Source: Candidatus Ornithospirochaeta sp. (GTDB taxonomy: Bacteria > Spirochaetota > Spirochaetia > Sphaerochaetales > Sphaerochaetaceae). Taken from it: a DNA stretch of 50,373 nucleotides. This document shows positions 7,840-17,723 of this stretch, piece after piece (position 1 is the first letter of the stretch; every line of letters starts with the position of its first letter). Location of the stretch: assembly GCA_045606405.1 (NCBI GenBank), contig JAZURW010000126.1, positions 1-50,373 of the forward strand, read 5' to 3'. Under the pieces are notes generated by a model that saw only the letters and a program-made list of their open reading frames with translations, made no database searches and had not been told where the DNA came from. The position numbers were made by a program, and so were the translations under genes.

Positions 7840-8453
7840 CAATGCTTTCCGTAAATATGAAGAAGCTCTTCAAGCAGGTCTGAAAGCTTGGATTTGCATC
7901 TGCCGCAAACTGTGCCTGCGCCTGTCTCTGCCTGAAGGGATGCGAAATCAGTGATTTTATCCTCCTTCACGAGCTCCTCGATCCTCTGGTCTGTCACACC
8001 CATGCATTCACATACAACGGTTGCGACACTCAGCTTATATGGATTATCCATGCCGTTCTTCTCAAGATAATCGTCGATCGCTGCTCTTAAGGCCTTGTCT
8101 CCAAGCACAGAGCAATGGAACTTGTGATCAGGAAGACCACCGAGAGATTCCATGATTGCCTCAGGCTTCAGCTTGTATGCCTCCTCAAGGCTCATCCCAA
8201 TAGCCATCTCGCTCATCATTGAAGTCGAAGCGATGGCAGAGGCACAGCCATAGGTGAGCCATCTGAGATCAGTGATCACACCATTTGCGACCTTTATGCC
8301 GACTCTCATCTGGTCTCCGCAGGCAAGAGAGCCGACCTCTCCCATTCCGTCTGCCTCAAAATCCTCATCCTCCTTCCAGAGATTCCTAGGATTCATGAAG
8401 TGCTCCTTGACAGTATCTGTATATACCCATTGTGACATGAAACTATTCGCCAT
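7839..8453 (-). CDS. nifU: NifU-type Fe-S scaffold (IscU-like domain plus BFD-like [2Fe-2S] domain, no C-terminal Nfu domain)
   Basis: GSLACGDQM, YGCASAIASTSM and KFHCSVLG (the three scaffold Cys), then CECMGV...CGRC (BFD-like). The gene starts 1 nt after the nifS stop. Confidence 0.9.
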   Translation of the reverse strand: MANSFMSQWVYTDTVKEHFMNPRNLWKEDEDFEADGMGEVGSLACGDQMRVGIKVANGVITDLRWLTYGCASAIASTSMMSEMAIGMSLEEAYKLKPEAIMESLGGLPDHKFHCSVLGDKALRAAIDDYLEKNGMDNPYKLSVATVVCECMGVTDQRIEELVKEDKITDFASLQAETGAGTVCGRCKSKLSDLLEELLHIYGKH

Positions 8454-8454
8454 C

Positions 8455-9627
8455 TTATGCCTTCCTTGTGCTCATTCTTCTTATTCTATCGATGATTGGA
8501 GGGAGCTTGTCGAGCACGTACTCCACATCCTCCTTGGTATTGTACCTTCCGAAAGAGAATCTCACAGAGCCATGTGCAAGCTCAACAGGAAGCCCCGCTG
8601 CCAGAAGAACATAGCTTGGCTCTAGTGAGCCTGATGCGCATGCAGATCCTGTGGATACCTCAATGCCTTCCAAATCAAGGTAAAGAAGGATGGACTCTCC
8701 CTCAGCTGAAGGAAAGGAAACATTCAAGGTTCCAGGAAGCGACAGGCTCTTATCATTAGAGCCATTCACAACGACATTTGGGATTCTCTCCTCTATGCCC
8801 TTTCTAAGGCTCTCTCTCAGCTCCCAAAGCCCCTCTCTTTCCGCATCGAGGTTTATTCTGGCCAGCTCTGATGCTTTGCCAAGCCCGATTATGGCCTGAT
8901 TGTTGTATGTGCCAGCCCTCATTCCCTTCTCTTGGTGTCCGCCATGGACAAATGGGGAAAGAGGGACACCCTTTCTTGCATAGAGGGCTCCTACGCCCTT
9001 TGGGCCATAGAACTTATGCCCAGAGAGTGAAAGATAGTCCACATCAGAGGCCTTCACATCAACAGGGATTTTTCCTATTGCCTGAGTCGCATCTGTATGG
9101 AAATACGCACCACAGTCATGTGATAGCCTTGCAGCCTCATCAACAGGCTGAATGACTCCGGATTCATTGTTTCCGGTCATGATGGATACAAGAAGCACAT
9201 CATCAGCAAGCAGCGCCTTGAAAGCCTCCAAATCCAATCTTCCCATGCTATCCACAGGGGCGTAGCTTACCTTGTATCCCTTTTGCTCAAGATACTTTGC
9301 TGTCTCGATTGAGGCAGGATGCTCAACTGTGGATATTATTATCCTGTTCCTATCAGAGCCCTCATCTATGATATCCCTGAAGATATTGAAGACCATATTG
9401 TTGGACTCTGAAGCACCGGAGGTGAAGTAAATCTCTCCGGGATCCGAATTTATAAGCTTAGCAACCTCGCCTCTTGCCCATGAGATTCCTGCAGCGGAAT
9501 CACGACCGAAGGTGTGCATTGAGGATGCGTTGCCATATAGCTCCTCATTCTCGCGCATGATTTCCTTCACTTCATCGGCGATTCTGGTTGTTGCGTTGTT
9601 GTCCAGATAGACGATGCGTCTATTCAT
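8455..9627 (-). CDS. nifS: Cysteine desulfurase, NifS type
   Basis: YLDNNATT, SLSGHKFYGPKGVGALY (PLP Lys) and STGSACASG (active-site Cys loop). Confidence 0.95.
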   Translation of the reverse strand: MNRRIVYLDNNATTRIADEVKEIMRENEELYGNASSMHTFGRDSAAGISWARGEVAKLINSDPGEIYFTSGASESNNMVFNIFRDIIDEGSDRNRIIISTVEHPASIETAKYLEQKGYKVSYAPVDSMGRLDLEAFKALLADDVLLVSIMTGNNESGVIQPVDEAARLSHDCGAYFHTDATQAIGKIPVDVKASDVDYLSLSGHKFYGPKGVGALYARKGVPLSPFVHGGHQEKGMRAGTYNNQAIIGLGKASELARINLDAEREGLWELRESLRKGIEERIPNVVVNGSNDKSLSLPGTLNVSFPSAEGESILLYLDLEGIEVSTGSACASGSLEPSYVLLAAGLPVELAHGSVRFSFGRYNTKEDVEYVLDKLPPIIDRIRRMSTRKA

Positions 9628-9673
9628 AATTTCTCTTATCCTTACTGAATAAAGTTAGTATTATCCTATATCT

Positions 9674-9979
9674 CTAGTCAAGATTGCCGATGACAAGCTC
9701 TCTTCTTTTGGCGAATCTCAGCCCCCTATCCTTTGCCCATTTGACATAGCTGCAGGTAGGAGGAAGCATTGGAGAGAACATCGCCATCCTAGCATTGATC
9801 TTCCTGCATCGGTCGCAATATGAGAACCTATCCTCATAGACCCTGCATGACTTTTCATCCTCATTATAGAACTCGCAGGCTTTGTCCAAATCAATGATCA
9901 CCATATCATCAAGAACAACCTTCTCATGGCAGCATAGACCGCACCTTGAGCAGATATCCTCCCAGTCCTCATGCCTCAT
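9674..9979 (-). CDS. YkgJ-family Cys-cluster protein (CxxCxxCC putative Zn/Fe-binding domain)
   Basis: CSRCGLCCHE followed by further Cys pairs (CRVY..., YCDRCRK). I moved the start to the ATG at 9979 (MRHEDWEDI), which overlaps the surE stop by 11 nt. The longer ORF-track start would overlap surE by 95 nt. Confidence 0.7.
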   Translation of the reverse strand: MRHEDWEDICSRCGLCCHEKVVLDDMVIIDLDKACEFYNEDEKSCRVYEDRFSYCDRCRKINARMAMFSPMLPPTCSYVKWAKDRGLRFAKRRELVIGNLD

Positions 9980-10718
9980 TGAAACGCTCCATTTGAGAAT
10001 TTGAAAGCGTTGGAAGGATTGAGACGAGAGAGATTGATGCATTGCCCCTTGAGCAGACCTCATAGTCTTTTGGGAACGTTGATTTCTCTCTTTCCATATA
10101 CCTGATAGAGCAGCCGGAATTGGTTATCCTAGTCCTTCCATCCTCCATTCTCTCAAGCGTGAACTGGTCATCATAGTCTATCTCACCAATGGATGAGAGC
10201 TCATAGCAACCAGAGAAGGAAGGTGGGACATTTATGTTCATGAAAGCGTTTGAATCGAGCTTAGGCAGAAAAGCATCAAGCTTAGAGGCCACGAATCTTG
10301 CGACTTTCTCAAAATCATAGCCACCCTTCTCATTTCTATATGTAGACACTGCAATCGCCTTATATCCATATAGGCATGCCTGACGAGCTGCGGCGCAGGT
10401 GCCTGAATACAGGATATCCGATGAGAGGTTGTAGCCATGGTTTATTCCCGAGATGACTAAATCAGGGACTATCGATAGAAGCCTCGACTTAAGCGAATAG
10501 ATTATGCAATCGGCAGGAGAACCCGAGATATGAAAGTGTCCAGGCTCATATTCAGTGGCATAAATGCTGCTCAGGATCGTCATGGAATGGGACTTTGCGC
10601 TCTGCTCAACGCTAGGCGCAGTGACATAAACATCGTGTCCGGCTTCCTTCAGCACACGCTCGAGGACAGAGATACCCTCAGCTTTATATCCATCATCATT
10701 AACTAGCAATATGTTCAT
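9969..10718 (-). CDS. surE: 5'/3'-nucleotidase SurE
   Basis: MNILLVNDDGYKAEGI...VTAP..EQSAKSHS...GINHGYNL. Confidence 0.93.
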   Translation of the reverse strand: MNILLVNDDGYKAEGISVLERVLKEAGHDVYVTAPSVEQSAKSHSMTILSSIYATEYEPGHFHISGSPADCIIYSLKSRLLSIVPDLVISGINHGYNLSSDILYSGTCAAARQACLYGYKAIAVSTYRNEKGGYDFEKVARFVASKLDAFLPKLDSNAFMNINVPPSFSGCYELSSIGEIDYDDQFTLERMEDGRTRITNSGCSIRYMEREKSTFPKDYEVCSRGNASISLVSILPTLSNSQMERFNEA

Positions 10719-10751
10719 ATTATACTGGTAAACCAGCCTCCAATCATCACT

Positions 10752-11963
10752 TTAGGAAAAAGAACCTTCATCTTCCACGATTCTGATTCCACCTGAAGGG
10801 ATGTAGTCCCTTACATCTGCATGGAATCCGAAGATTCTCTCATATTCCTCTAGACGATTAGTATATGGAAGTTTTCCTTCTTCATCAATCAAAGCGAGAA
10901 GCGTGCCTGATAGCCCTATGTAAACTTGCGCCATGGCTCTAACACCCTCTGCTTCCATGCCTCTTCGGGCGATCCAGTCAATCTCAGGGCTAGAGAGCTC
11001 TGCCTTTGATGTTATGCCCTTCTGCTGCATATTAAGCAGCCTAGCGAAGCTTTCGATATCAGAGGTGCAAATCGCATCCCAAGCCTTTCTGGCGATATCT
11101 GAATCCTGAATGACGAACTGTGCGAATCTTCTTTGACTCTCTCCTAAATCCGCAAGGCTATGTCTTATATCCTTCTCAGAAAGGTCCCTTATCTTCATCC
11201 CTTTAGCAATCTTTGGACGTATTCTTTGGAAGATGTCCTCGCATTCACTTCTGAACTCGTCCTCCTCAGGAGTAAGCACTGAGTATGGGATCGAGGACGA
11301 CACCAGATAAGTTGAACAGCCCTCAAAGCCTATGAATGGATACTCAACCAGCTTGTATTCATAGCTTTCCAGGTCATAAAGGATTACCTTTCCCGCCTTA
11401 GCGGAGAAGATCGTGATCAAATCTCTCAAGCGTGCATTGTAAATCGGAGTGAATCTATTGGCATTGAACGCTACCCTCACCATCTCCTCCATTGTGAGGT
11501 TGAGCTCAAAAAGCCTATTGATCCCAAACAAGAGGCCAGAGAACACCGCTGCTGAGAAGCTAGAGTGGTCACAGCCTGCGCTGTGTCCCTTTATAGTTAT
11601 ATTCAGACCAATCAAATTGGCACCCAGATTGCTTATCAGCTCATTCAAAATCGCCTTGACAGCATTTGCCCATCTATCCTCTTTTCTGAACTTCAAGCTT
11701 GATATCTGGAATTTTTTCTTATCTTGCTTTGTGACGTTAAGCACTCTTACAGAGTTGTCCTGGCGCCTAGATAGAGAGATCCTAAGCCCATAGTCGTTAG
11801 TGCTCATCAAGGCAAAACCATTGACAAAGTCCGAAAAAGCCCCTAGGAGAGTCGTAACCTGTGGTACCTCAACCACAATATCAGGATGCTCGGAATACTC
11901 CTTGTAGTGGTAGCTTTCTATGTCTTTCATCTTAAGTTGCCTAAAACAATTATCACACAACAT
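10752..11963 (-). CDS. Galactokinase-like GHMP-fold protein with diverged catalytic motifs
   Basis: Collinear with GalK, but motif I (GEHTDY) reads GAFSDF, the GHMP P-loop (GxGLSSSAA) reads SAGCDHSSFSAA, and motif III (GGGFGG) reads GLSGTL. The start is uncertain; an alternative ATG lies at 11930. Confidence 0.65.
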   Translation of the reverse strand: MLCDNCFRQLKMKDIESYHYKEYSEHPDIVVEVPQVTTLLGAFSDFVNGFALMSTNDYGLRISLSRRQDNSVRVLNVTKQDKKKFQISSLKFRKEDRWANAVKAILNELISNLGANLIGLNITIKGHSAGCDHSSFSAAVFSGLLFGINRLFELNLTMEEMVRVAFNANRFTPIYNARLRDLITIFSAKAGKVILYDLESYEYKLVEYPFIGFEGCSTYLVSSSIPYSVLTPEEDEFRSECEDIFQRIRPKIAKGMKIRDLSEKDIRHSLADLGESQRRFAQFVIQDSDIARKAWDAICTSDIESFARLLNMQQKGITSKAELSSPEIDWIARRGMEAEGVRAMAQVYIGLSGTLLALIDEEGKLPYTNRLEEYERIFGFHADVRDYIPSGGIRIVEDEGSFS

Positions 11964-12091
11964 TTGATAAAACTCAAATTATTTCGCTTTTACACAATTT
12001 CAGGCTCGATTAATTATAATATCTGAAAGGAATAATGCTATTAATGTAAAAAATTCGGCATGAATCCCGGAAAAAGACCGCCTAATGGCAT

Positions 12092-12124
12092 AAAAAAACC
12101 ACAGATTTGAATCTGTGGCTTTTT
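12092..12124 (-). terminator. Bidirectional-looking intrinsic terminator after rpmE
   Basis: Perfect 8-bp stem CCACAGAT (12099-12106) / ATCTGTGG (12111-12118) with a 4-nt loop. It is flanked by A7 on one side and CTTTTT on the other. Confidence 0.75.
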
Positions 12125-12137
12125 CCAGCTAGCTGCA

Positions 12138-12344
12138 TTACTTTGAGACTTTGCCGTATCTCTTGTTGAAGCGTTCAACTCTACCTGTTGTGTCAACAAG
12201 CTTCTGTGTGCCTGTGAAGAATGGATGGCAAGCAGAGCAAATTTCAACATTGAGGTTCTTTGATGTGCTCTTAGTCTTGATGACATTGCCACATGAGCAA
12301 TGGATTTCCTGAAGCTGGTAGTTAGGATGGATTCCTTCTTTCAT
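12138..12344 (-). CDS. rpmE: 50S ribosomal protein L31 (Zn-ribbon type)
   Basis: MKEGIHPNY...CSCGN...[10 protein letters not shown]. The ATG at 12344 is preceded by GGAGG, which itself lies inside the TTG-started ORF listed in the track. Confidence 0.95.
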   Translation of the reverse strand: MKEGIHPNYQLQEIHCSCGNVIKTKSTSKNLNVEICSACHPFFTGTQKLVDTTGRVERFNKRYGKVSK

Positions 12345-12401
12345 TTTTTCCTCCAAAGTTATCTATACTTAGTTTGCCTGCTTTCACAGACAAGGCATTT
12401 C

Positions 12402-14327
12402 TTATACTATCCTTCCAGAAACTGGTGCGTTCATGGAGTCTAGGAACTCCTTATTGTTGTTGGTTTTCTTCATTTTGTCAATAAGCGTGACCGACATATC
12501 CATATCATCAAGGTTTCCAAAGGCTGTTCTCAGGAGATAGACTCTTGAAAGAACATCCTCAGGAAGCAGGAGATCATCCCTTCTTGTTCCTGACTTCTTG
12601 ATGTTTATCGCAGGGAACTTCCTGTTGTCAGCCATCTTTCTGTCAAGGATTACCTCGTTATTGCCTGTACCCTTGAACTCCTCGAAGATGACCTCATCCA
12701 TTCTTGAACCTGTCTCAATCAAAGCTGTTGATATGATTGTCAAGGAACCACCCTGCTCAATGTTTCTTGCCGCGCCGAAGAATCTCTTTGGCTTATGAAG
12801 CGCATTTGAATCAACGCCACCAGAGAGGATCTTTCCTGATGCAGGCACTGTCTGGTTATATGCTCTGGCAAGACGTGTGATCGAATCAAGCAGGATGACA
12901 ACATCCTTCTTGTATTCAACAAGTCTCTTTGCCTTCTCGATGACCATCTCCGCAACCTGGACGTGGTGAGTCGCTTGCTCATCAAAGGTTGAGGCTACAA
13001 CCTCTGCCCTTACATTCCTTCTCATGTCTGTGACCTCCTCAGGTCTCTCATCAACAAGAAGGACAATAAGAGTCACCTCTGGGTGGTTGCGTGTGATCGC
13101 ATTTGCGATTTTCTGCATCAATACAGTCTTTCCGGTCCTTGGAGGAGCTGTCAAAAGCGCCCTTTGGCCCTTTCCTATTGGACAGAACAGATCGACGATT
13201 CTATTTGATAAGTCAGCAGGTTTATTCTCCTCCACGATCTCAAGATGAAGCCTCTCATCAGGGAACAATGGGGTGAGAGAATCGAATGGAGCTCGGATCT
13301 TCGCCATCTTTGGATCCTCGCCGTTGACCTTGAGGACTCTTATCACAGCTGCGGACTTCTCGCCCTCCCTAGGTGCCCTGATCTGCGCATAGACAGTGTC
13401 TCCTGTCTTTAAGCCGATTCCCTTTATCATGGATGCTGAGATATAGACATCCTCAGAGCCTGGAAGATAGTTGTTTGAGGCATATCTGAGGTATCCATAG
13501 GAGCCCTCCTGCAGAATCTCAAGAGTGCCTTCAACAAGCAATGCGCCATTAGACTGGGAATGAAGGCGCAGCATCTTCGCAATAAGCTCCTGCCTTCTGC
13601 AATCAAGGATGACATCCTCTGCGATTCCTGCCTCAGAAGCCCTTCTTCTCAACTCCTCAATCGGAAGCTCTGTGAGCACTGATATGAAGAGTTTTGGAGC
13701 ATCAGGATATTCATCAAGGTTGACCTCTGGAGGGATCTCCTCCTTCTCTCTCTTGATGTTCTTATTCTTGTTTTTGTTGTTCCTGTCCTTTCTGTTGTTT
13801 CTTTGGAACTTCTCGCCCTTTTGCTCAGATGTGCCATCCTCTGAGCCATCCTCTGTCCCTTGAGGGCTTTCTGCGCTCTGATTTGCCTCAGAGGAAACCT
13901 CCTCAGAAGCAGGAACACTCTCCTCTGCGCTCTGGACAGCCTCAGAAGTCGCTTGCTCTTCAGGCTCTGCAGGCTTCTCCTCTGCCTCAGGCTTCTTCTT
14001 TCTTGTCGTTCTCTGAACAGGCTTCTTAGGCTCTCTCTTCTTCGTTGAGGGCTTCTTAACCTCAGGCTCTGCTATTTCAGAAGCTTCTTGCTGAGGCTCT
14101 TGCTCGTTTTTTGTCTCAACGGGAGCCTCTGCTAGATCCTTATTGGCAAGAGTCTTCTCGTTCTCTTGATTCTGCAGATGCTTCTCTGTAGCTTCCTGAG
14201 CGTTCTTGACTGTGATTTTTTTCTTTACAACTGTTCTTTTGATTTTTGTCTTTGGCTTTTGGGTCTCTACATTCTCCTCGGAAGGGGAAGGTAGCTTGAC
14301 CTCTTCATCAATGATTTCTGATGACAT
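12402..14327 (-). CDS. rho: Transcription termination factor Rho with a ~205-aa low-complexity N-terminal extension
   Basis: The canonical Rho sequence begins near residue 212 ([23 protein letters not shown]). It includes a CSD-like region, Walker A APPRTGKT, and the [10 protein letters not shown] and [22 protein letters not shown] motifs. GGAG lies 7 nt upstream of the ATG. Confidence 0.95.
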   Translation of the reverse strand: MSSEIIDEEVKLPSPSEENVETQKPKTKIKRTVVKKKITVKNAQEATEKHLQNQENEKTLANKDLAEAPVETKNEQEPQQEASEIAEPEVKKPSTKKREPKKPVQRTTRKKKPEAEEKPAEPEEQATSEAVQSAEESVPASEEVSSEANQSAESPQGTEDGSEDGTSEQKGEKFQRNNRKDRNNKNKNKNIKREKEEIPPEVNLDEYPDAPKLFISVLTELPIEELRRRASEAGIAEDVILDCRRQELIAKMLRLHSQSNGALLVEGTLEILQEGSYGYLRYASNNYLPGSEDVYISASMIKGIGLKTGDTVYAQIRAPREGEKSAAVIRVLKVNGEDPKMAKIRAPFDSLTPLFPDERLHLEIVEENKPADLSNRIVDLFCPIGKGQRALLTAPPRTGKTVLMQKIANAITRNHPEVTLIVLLVDERPEEVTDMRRNVRAEVVASTFDEQATHHVQVAEMVIEKAKRLVEYKKDVVILLDSITRLARAYNQTVPASGKILSGGVDSNALHKPKRFFGAARNIEQGGSLTIISTALIETGSRMDEVIFEEFKGTGNNEVILDRKMADNRKFPAINIKKSGTRRDDLLLPEDVLSRVYLLRTAFGNLDDMDMSVTLIDKMKKTNNNKEFLDSMNAPVSGRIV

Positions 14328-14427
14328 TGAAAACTCCGGTTCTTTTTATTAAGACGTTTATGAAATTAAGGATATTGATTTAGATGCAAAATTAAGAATA
14401 TTTCGATTACAGACAAATAATATTGTT

Positions 14428-14453
14428 GCTGGAGAGGATTGTCAACTCTCCAG
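14428..14453 (-). other. Stem-loop between cinA and the rho leader
   Basis: Perfect 9-bp stem GCTGGAGAG (14428-14436) / CTCTCCAGC (14445-14453), 8 nt after the cinA stop. There is no clean U-tract, so terminator function is uncertain. Confidence 0.35.
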
Positions 14454-14460
14454 CCATAAA

Positions 14461-15702
14461 TTAGAACACCTGCCAGGTTTTGAGGATTTCCTCAACGCTC
14501 TCGCCCCTTATATAGCCTGCTAGAAGAATGAAAGCAGCAATAGATGCTCTTCTCCTTACGCTTTCCCTTCCCCATGACCTTAGGCTGAACTCAACTGACT
14601 CACTCTCCCTATTTCTGGAAGCGAAGCCAAGGGCTATCGTGCCAACGCTCTTGCCCTCCTGCAAAGCAGGACCTGCAACGCCTGTGATTGAGAATGAGTA
14701 ATCTGAATCCATGAGGCTCAAAACACCCTCTGCCATCTCCTTGGCGCACTCCTTTGAAACAACACCATAGCACTCTATGGTGGATTCCTTCACAGAAAGC
14801 ACCTTCCTCTTGATCTCTGTGCCATAGCTTGTCACAGAGCCAAGCATGAAATCAGAGGATCCAGGCAACGATGTCAAAAGAGATGCAGCCAGACCTCCTG
14901 TGCAGCTTTCTGCGCAGCTGATTGTCGCGCTTCTCATTCTCAGCTCATCAATCAAGATGGATAATGCTGACTGATTGCCATCCACAAGACGAGTAGGACC
15001 AACTTGAGAGCGTATGCTCTCAATTGCCGTCTCTCTTGCCTTTGCATCCTTTCCTGATACGTAGAGTGATATTTTGTAATCCTGGAATCTAGTGCCCCAT
15101 TCAAGCTCGGGGTCAGCCCGTTCGCATAGCTCCTCTAGTTTTGCCTCTGCTGTCAAAAAGGAAGAGTACTCATCTCTCTTCTCCTCAGGAAGATTCATGA
15201 CTCTTCTGATAAGTGGGAGAACTGCGCTATAGAACATAGGTTCCATCTCCCTAGGTGGACCAGGGAGAGAGATCATCAATGTCTCCTTCCCATATCCATA
15301 AAAGCCTGCTGCGGTGCCATTAGGGTTGTCAATCACGGAGAAGCCCTGAGGTATATACGCTTGCTTTTCGTTGGCGCCTCTTGCCCTCTCCTCTCCCATT
15401 CTTGAGACCAGATGATTCCAGCATCCCTCATCCTTGATGAGAGGAACCCCTGCTGCAGCTGCGATTACCGAGCGAGTCATATCATCGGCAGTTGGCCCTA
15501 GCCCTCCTGTGATGATAAGAATATCATTGCTCTTCATCAGCGCGGAGATGATCGACTCAATCGTGCCATCATCAGGTATGGCGACTATTTGGGATACGTG
15601 GACTCCTATGTTGGTAAGCTCCTTGGACACAAGAGGGCCATGCTTATCCTGTATGATGCCACGCGTCAGCTCTGTGCCGATTATGATAAGGCTTGCTCTC
15701 AT
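14461..15702 (-). CDS. cinA: CinA-family protein (MoCF-like domain plus nicotinamide-nucleotide amidase PncC domain)
   Basis: LIIIGTELTRGIIQDKHGP...ITGGLGPTADD, and C-terminal AESCTGGLAASLLTSLPGSS. ATGA overlap with the lnt stop. Confidence 0.9.
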   Translation of the reverse strand: MRASLIIIGTELTRGIIQDKHGPLVSKELTNIGVHVSQIVAIPDDGTIESIISALMKSNDILIITGGLGPTADDMTRSVIAAAAGVPLIKDEGCWNHLVSRMGEERARGANEKQAYIPQGFSVIDNPNGTAAGFYGYGKETLMISLPGPPREMEPMFYSAVLPLIRRVMNLPEEKRDEYSSFLTAEAKLEELCERADPELEWGTRFQDYKISLYVSGKDAKARETAIESIRSQVGPTRLVDGNQSALSILIDELRMRSATISCAESCTGGLAASLLTSLPGSSDFMLGSVTSYGTEIKRKVLSVKESTIECYGVVSKECAKEMAEGVLSLMDSDYSFSITGVAGPALQEGKSVGTIALGFASRNRESESVEFSLRSWGRESVRRRASIAAFILLAGYIRGESVEEILKTWQVF

Positions 15703-17378
15703 TTCTTGACTCTCTTGCAGATGGATAGCGCCTTAAGAATGCCGCCCAAAGCCAGTCCGATTATTGAGATGTAAATTGCCAAAGTAGCAAATAGATCAAT
15801 GTGGTTGACATAGAATGTGTTGTCGTAATTCTGCTGAGAATAAACAGGCACGTCATAGATCTTCCAATCCATCACAAAAGGCTCCATGATGCCTTCCATC
15901 TTGCCAGTAGGTGTGATCATGCATGTTATTCCGCTATTTGTGCCTCTGACTGTTGCCTTCCTTGTCTCAACTGACCTATATGTCGCGATAAGCGCATGCT
16001 GCATCTCTGCAGATACCTTCTTTGACCAGTTATCATTGGTCATATTGATGATCAATTCAGCACCATTTGCGACAAATTCAGCTGGAATAGAACCAAAGGA
16101 GTCCTCATAGCAGATTGGCGTTGAGAACTTGACGCCCTTGGTTTCGAATACGACAGGCTCCGTGCCCTTCTCCCACCAATTATAGTCATTGGCAAGAAGC
16201 ATATTGTAAAGCCATGGCAACTGCTTCTCATAAGGGAAGTGCTCAGTGAATGGAACAAGATGCTGCTTCTCATACTCCTCTATGATCTCTCCATCATCGA
16301 AAAGAATGACAGTATTGTAGTCCTTTCTATTCTGGTTGCCCTCATCATCATAAGCAGGCTTGCTCTCGTCATCTATGACACCCTTTGGATTTCCCGTCAA
16401 AAGAGGAACTGGAAGTGATTTTCCAAACTCAACAAACTGTCTGGTAAGGTCAGCTATGTCCTCCCAGCCTGAGCCCTCCTTGTAGTAGTTCATATGCCAG
16501 GAGACAGAAGGAACAAACGCTGTCTCTGACCAGATGATAAGATCAGGGTCATGGATAAGAGATTCATAGGTCTCTCTTTTGAGGTTGTTGTAGTTCTTGA
16601 GATAGGTTGAATAACCACCCTTCCAGGAGTCATGGTTATGCTGCACAGCTGCCACTCTGAGCACCTGATCAGGCTCTCTATCTGTCCAATAAGACAGCTT
16701 AAAGGCGCCATAGACAAGAGAGGCGACAACCAAGACAGCATAGATCGCTATATAAACGACATTGCTCTTCAACTCTGACTTGACTGTGGTGCCATCACCC
16801 TTCAAGAGCTTCCAAAATCCATTTCCTATGAAGGCCTGAGGCAAGACCATCAGGAAGATGATGCCCCAAACACCTGTGATATCAGCAATCTGGATCATTA
16901 TGCGATATCTCCATAGCGCATAGCCAATATTGCCATAGGGATATCCAGCGAACCAGTTCTCAGCAAGATATGCGTAAGCAACCCAGATTACCGCCTGAAG
17001 AAGATATCCCTTCTTAGGGAAGAAGGTAATAGCCGCCTTCAATGCCAGAAAGAGCAGCAGCATCTCCCCGCCCTTGATTATAGGCGCAATCAAGATAGCA
17101 AGAGGATGGAAGCCTGAAAGCCAATAGTTGAAAAAGAAATAATAGCAAAGGCCAAACAGGAAGCCGTAGAACCAAACACACTTAAATGTTGTGTTCCTGA
17201 TTACCATGAATACTGGTATAAGAGCGAATAACGCAATGAATCCTATTCCGTTTTCGCTTATGAAACCAGGGAATGCTATTGATAGAAAAAATGCGGATAC
17301 TAATAAAACAAGAACCTCAGAACATACAGTCCTGAGGCTTCTATTTGAATCAAGCTTAACCAAATTAAACTTCTCCAA
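15699..17378 (-). CDS. lnt: Apolipoprotein N-acyltransferase
   Basis: Multi-TM N-terminal half followed by a CN-hydrolase domain (VAAVQHN, WSETA, PICYEDSF). The listed start is a TTG and the true start is uncertain. Confidence 0.88.
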   Translation of the reverse strand: MEKFNLVKLDSNRSLRTVCSEVLVLLVSAFFLSIAFPGFISENGIGFIALFALIPVFMVIRNTTFKCVWFYGFLFGLCYYFFFNYWLSGFHPLAILIAPIIKGGEMLLLFLALKAAITFFPKKGYLLQAVIWVAYAYLAENWFAGYPYGNIGYALWRYRIMIQIADITGVWGIIFLMVLPQAFIGNGFWKLLKGDGTTVKSELKSNVVYIAIYAVLVVASLVYGAFKLSYWTDREPDQVLRVAAVQHNHDSWKGGYSTYLKNYNNLKRETYESLIHDPDLIIWSETAFVPSVSWHMNYYKEGSGWEDIADLTRQFVEFGKSLPVPLLTGNPKGVIDDESKPAYDDEGNQNRKDYNTVILFDDGEIIEEYEKQHLVPFTEHFPYEKQLPWLYNMLLANDYNWWEKGTEPVVFETKGVKFSTPICYEDSFGSIPAEFVANGAELIINMTNDNWSKKVSAEMQHALIATYRSVETRKATVRGTNSGITCMITPTGKMEGIMEPFVMDWKIYDVPVYSQQNYDNTFYVNHIDLFATLAIYISIIGLALGGILKALSICKRVKK

Positions 17379-17384
17379 CTGAAA

Positions 17385-17702
17385 TCATTCTTCATCATTT
17401 GGAGCATTTGTGATGTTCCAAACGAAATCCTTGAGCTCTTTGCCTGGGCGGAAAATAGCAACACCATGCTTATCGACAGCAACAACATCACCTGTCTTTG
17501 GATTGCGTGCTCTCTCTCTTCCCTTCCTAATGCGAACCTCGAAGGTGCCGAAGCCTCTTAGCTCAATAACGCGATTATCCTTAAGTCCATCCTTGATTTC
17601 CTCAAAGAGCTCATCTATGACAAGATGAATATCCGCCCTATTAAGTCCAAGTTTATTATGGAGACTTTCGATAATAGCTGCTTTAGTCAGTTTATCGTCC
17701 AT
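17385..17702 (-). CDS. HU/IHF-family DNA-binding protein
   Basis: LRGFGTFEVRIRKGRERARNPKTGDVVAVDKHGVAIFRPGKELK. GGGAG lies 8 nt upstream. Confidence 0.9.
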   Translation of the reverse strand: MDDKLTKAAIIESLHNKLGLNRADIHLVIDELFEEIKDGLKDNRVIELRGFGTFEVRIRKGRERARNPKTGDVVAVDKHGVAIFRPGKELKDFVWNITNAPNDEE

Positions 17703-17723
17703 AAATCAACTCCCTAACAATCA

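Noticed and set aside
7516-7842. Possible type II toxin-antitoxin module around the XRE gene
   Set aside because: There is no toxin-sized ORF on either side. Upstream is nifU with a 1-nt overlap, and downstream is the convergent kinase gene. Only the orphan-antitoxin observation is kept as a finding.
13609-14048. Cluster of 60-90-aa ORFs on both strands (13609-13863, 13649-13918, 13829-14029, 13860-14048)
   Set aside because: They are artefacts of the AAG/GAA/CCT-rich low-complexity DNA that encodes the Rho N-terminal extension.
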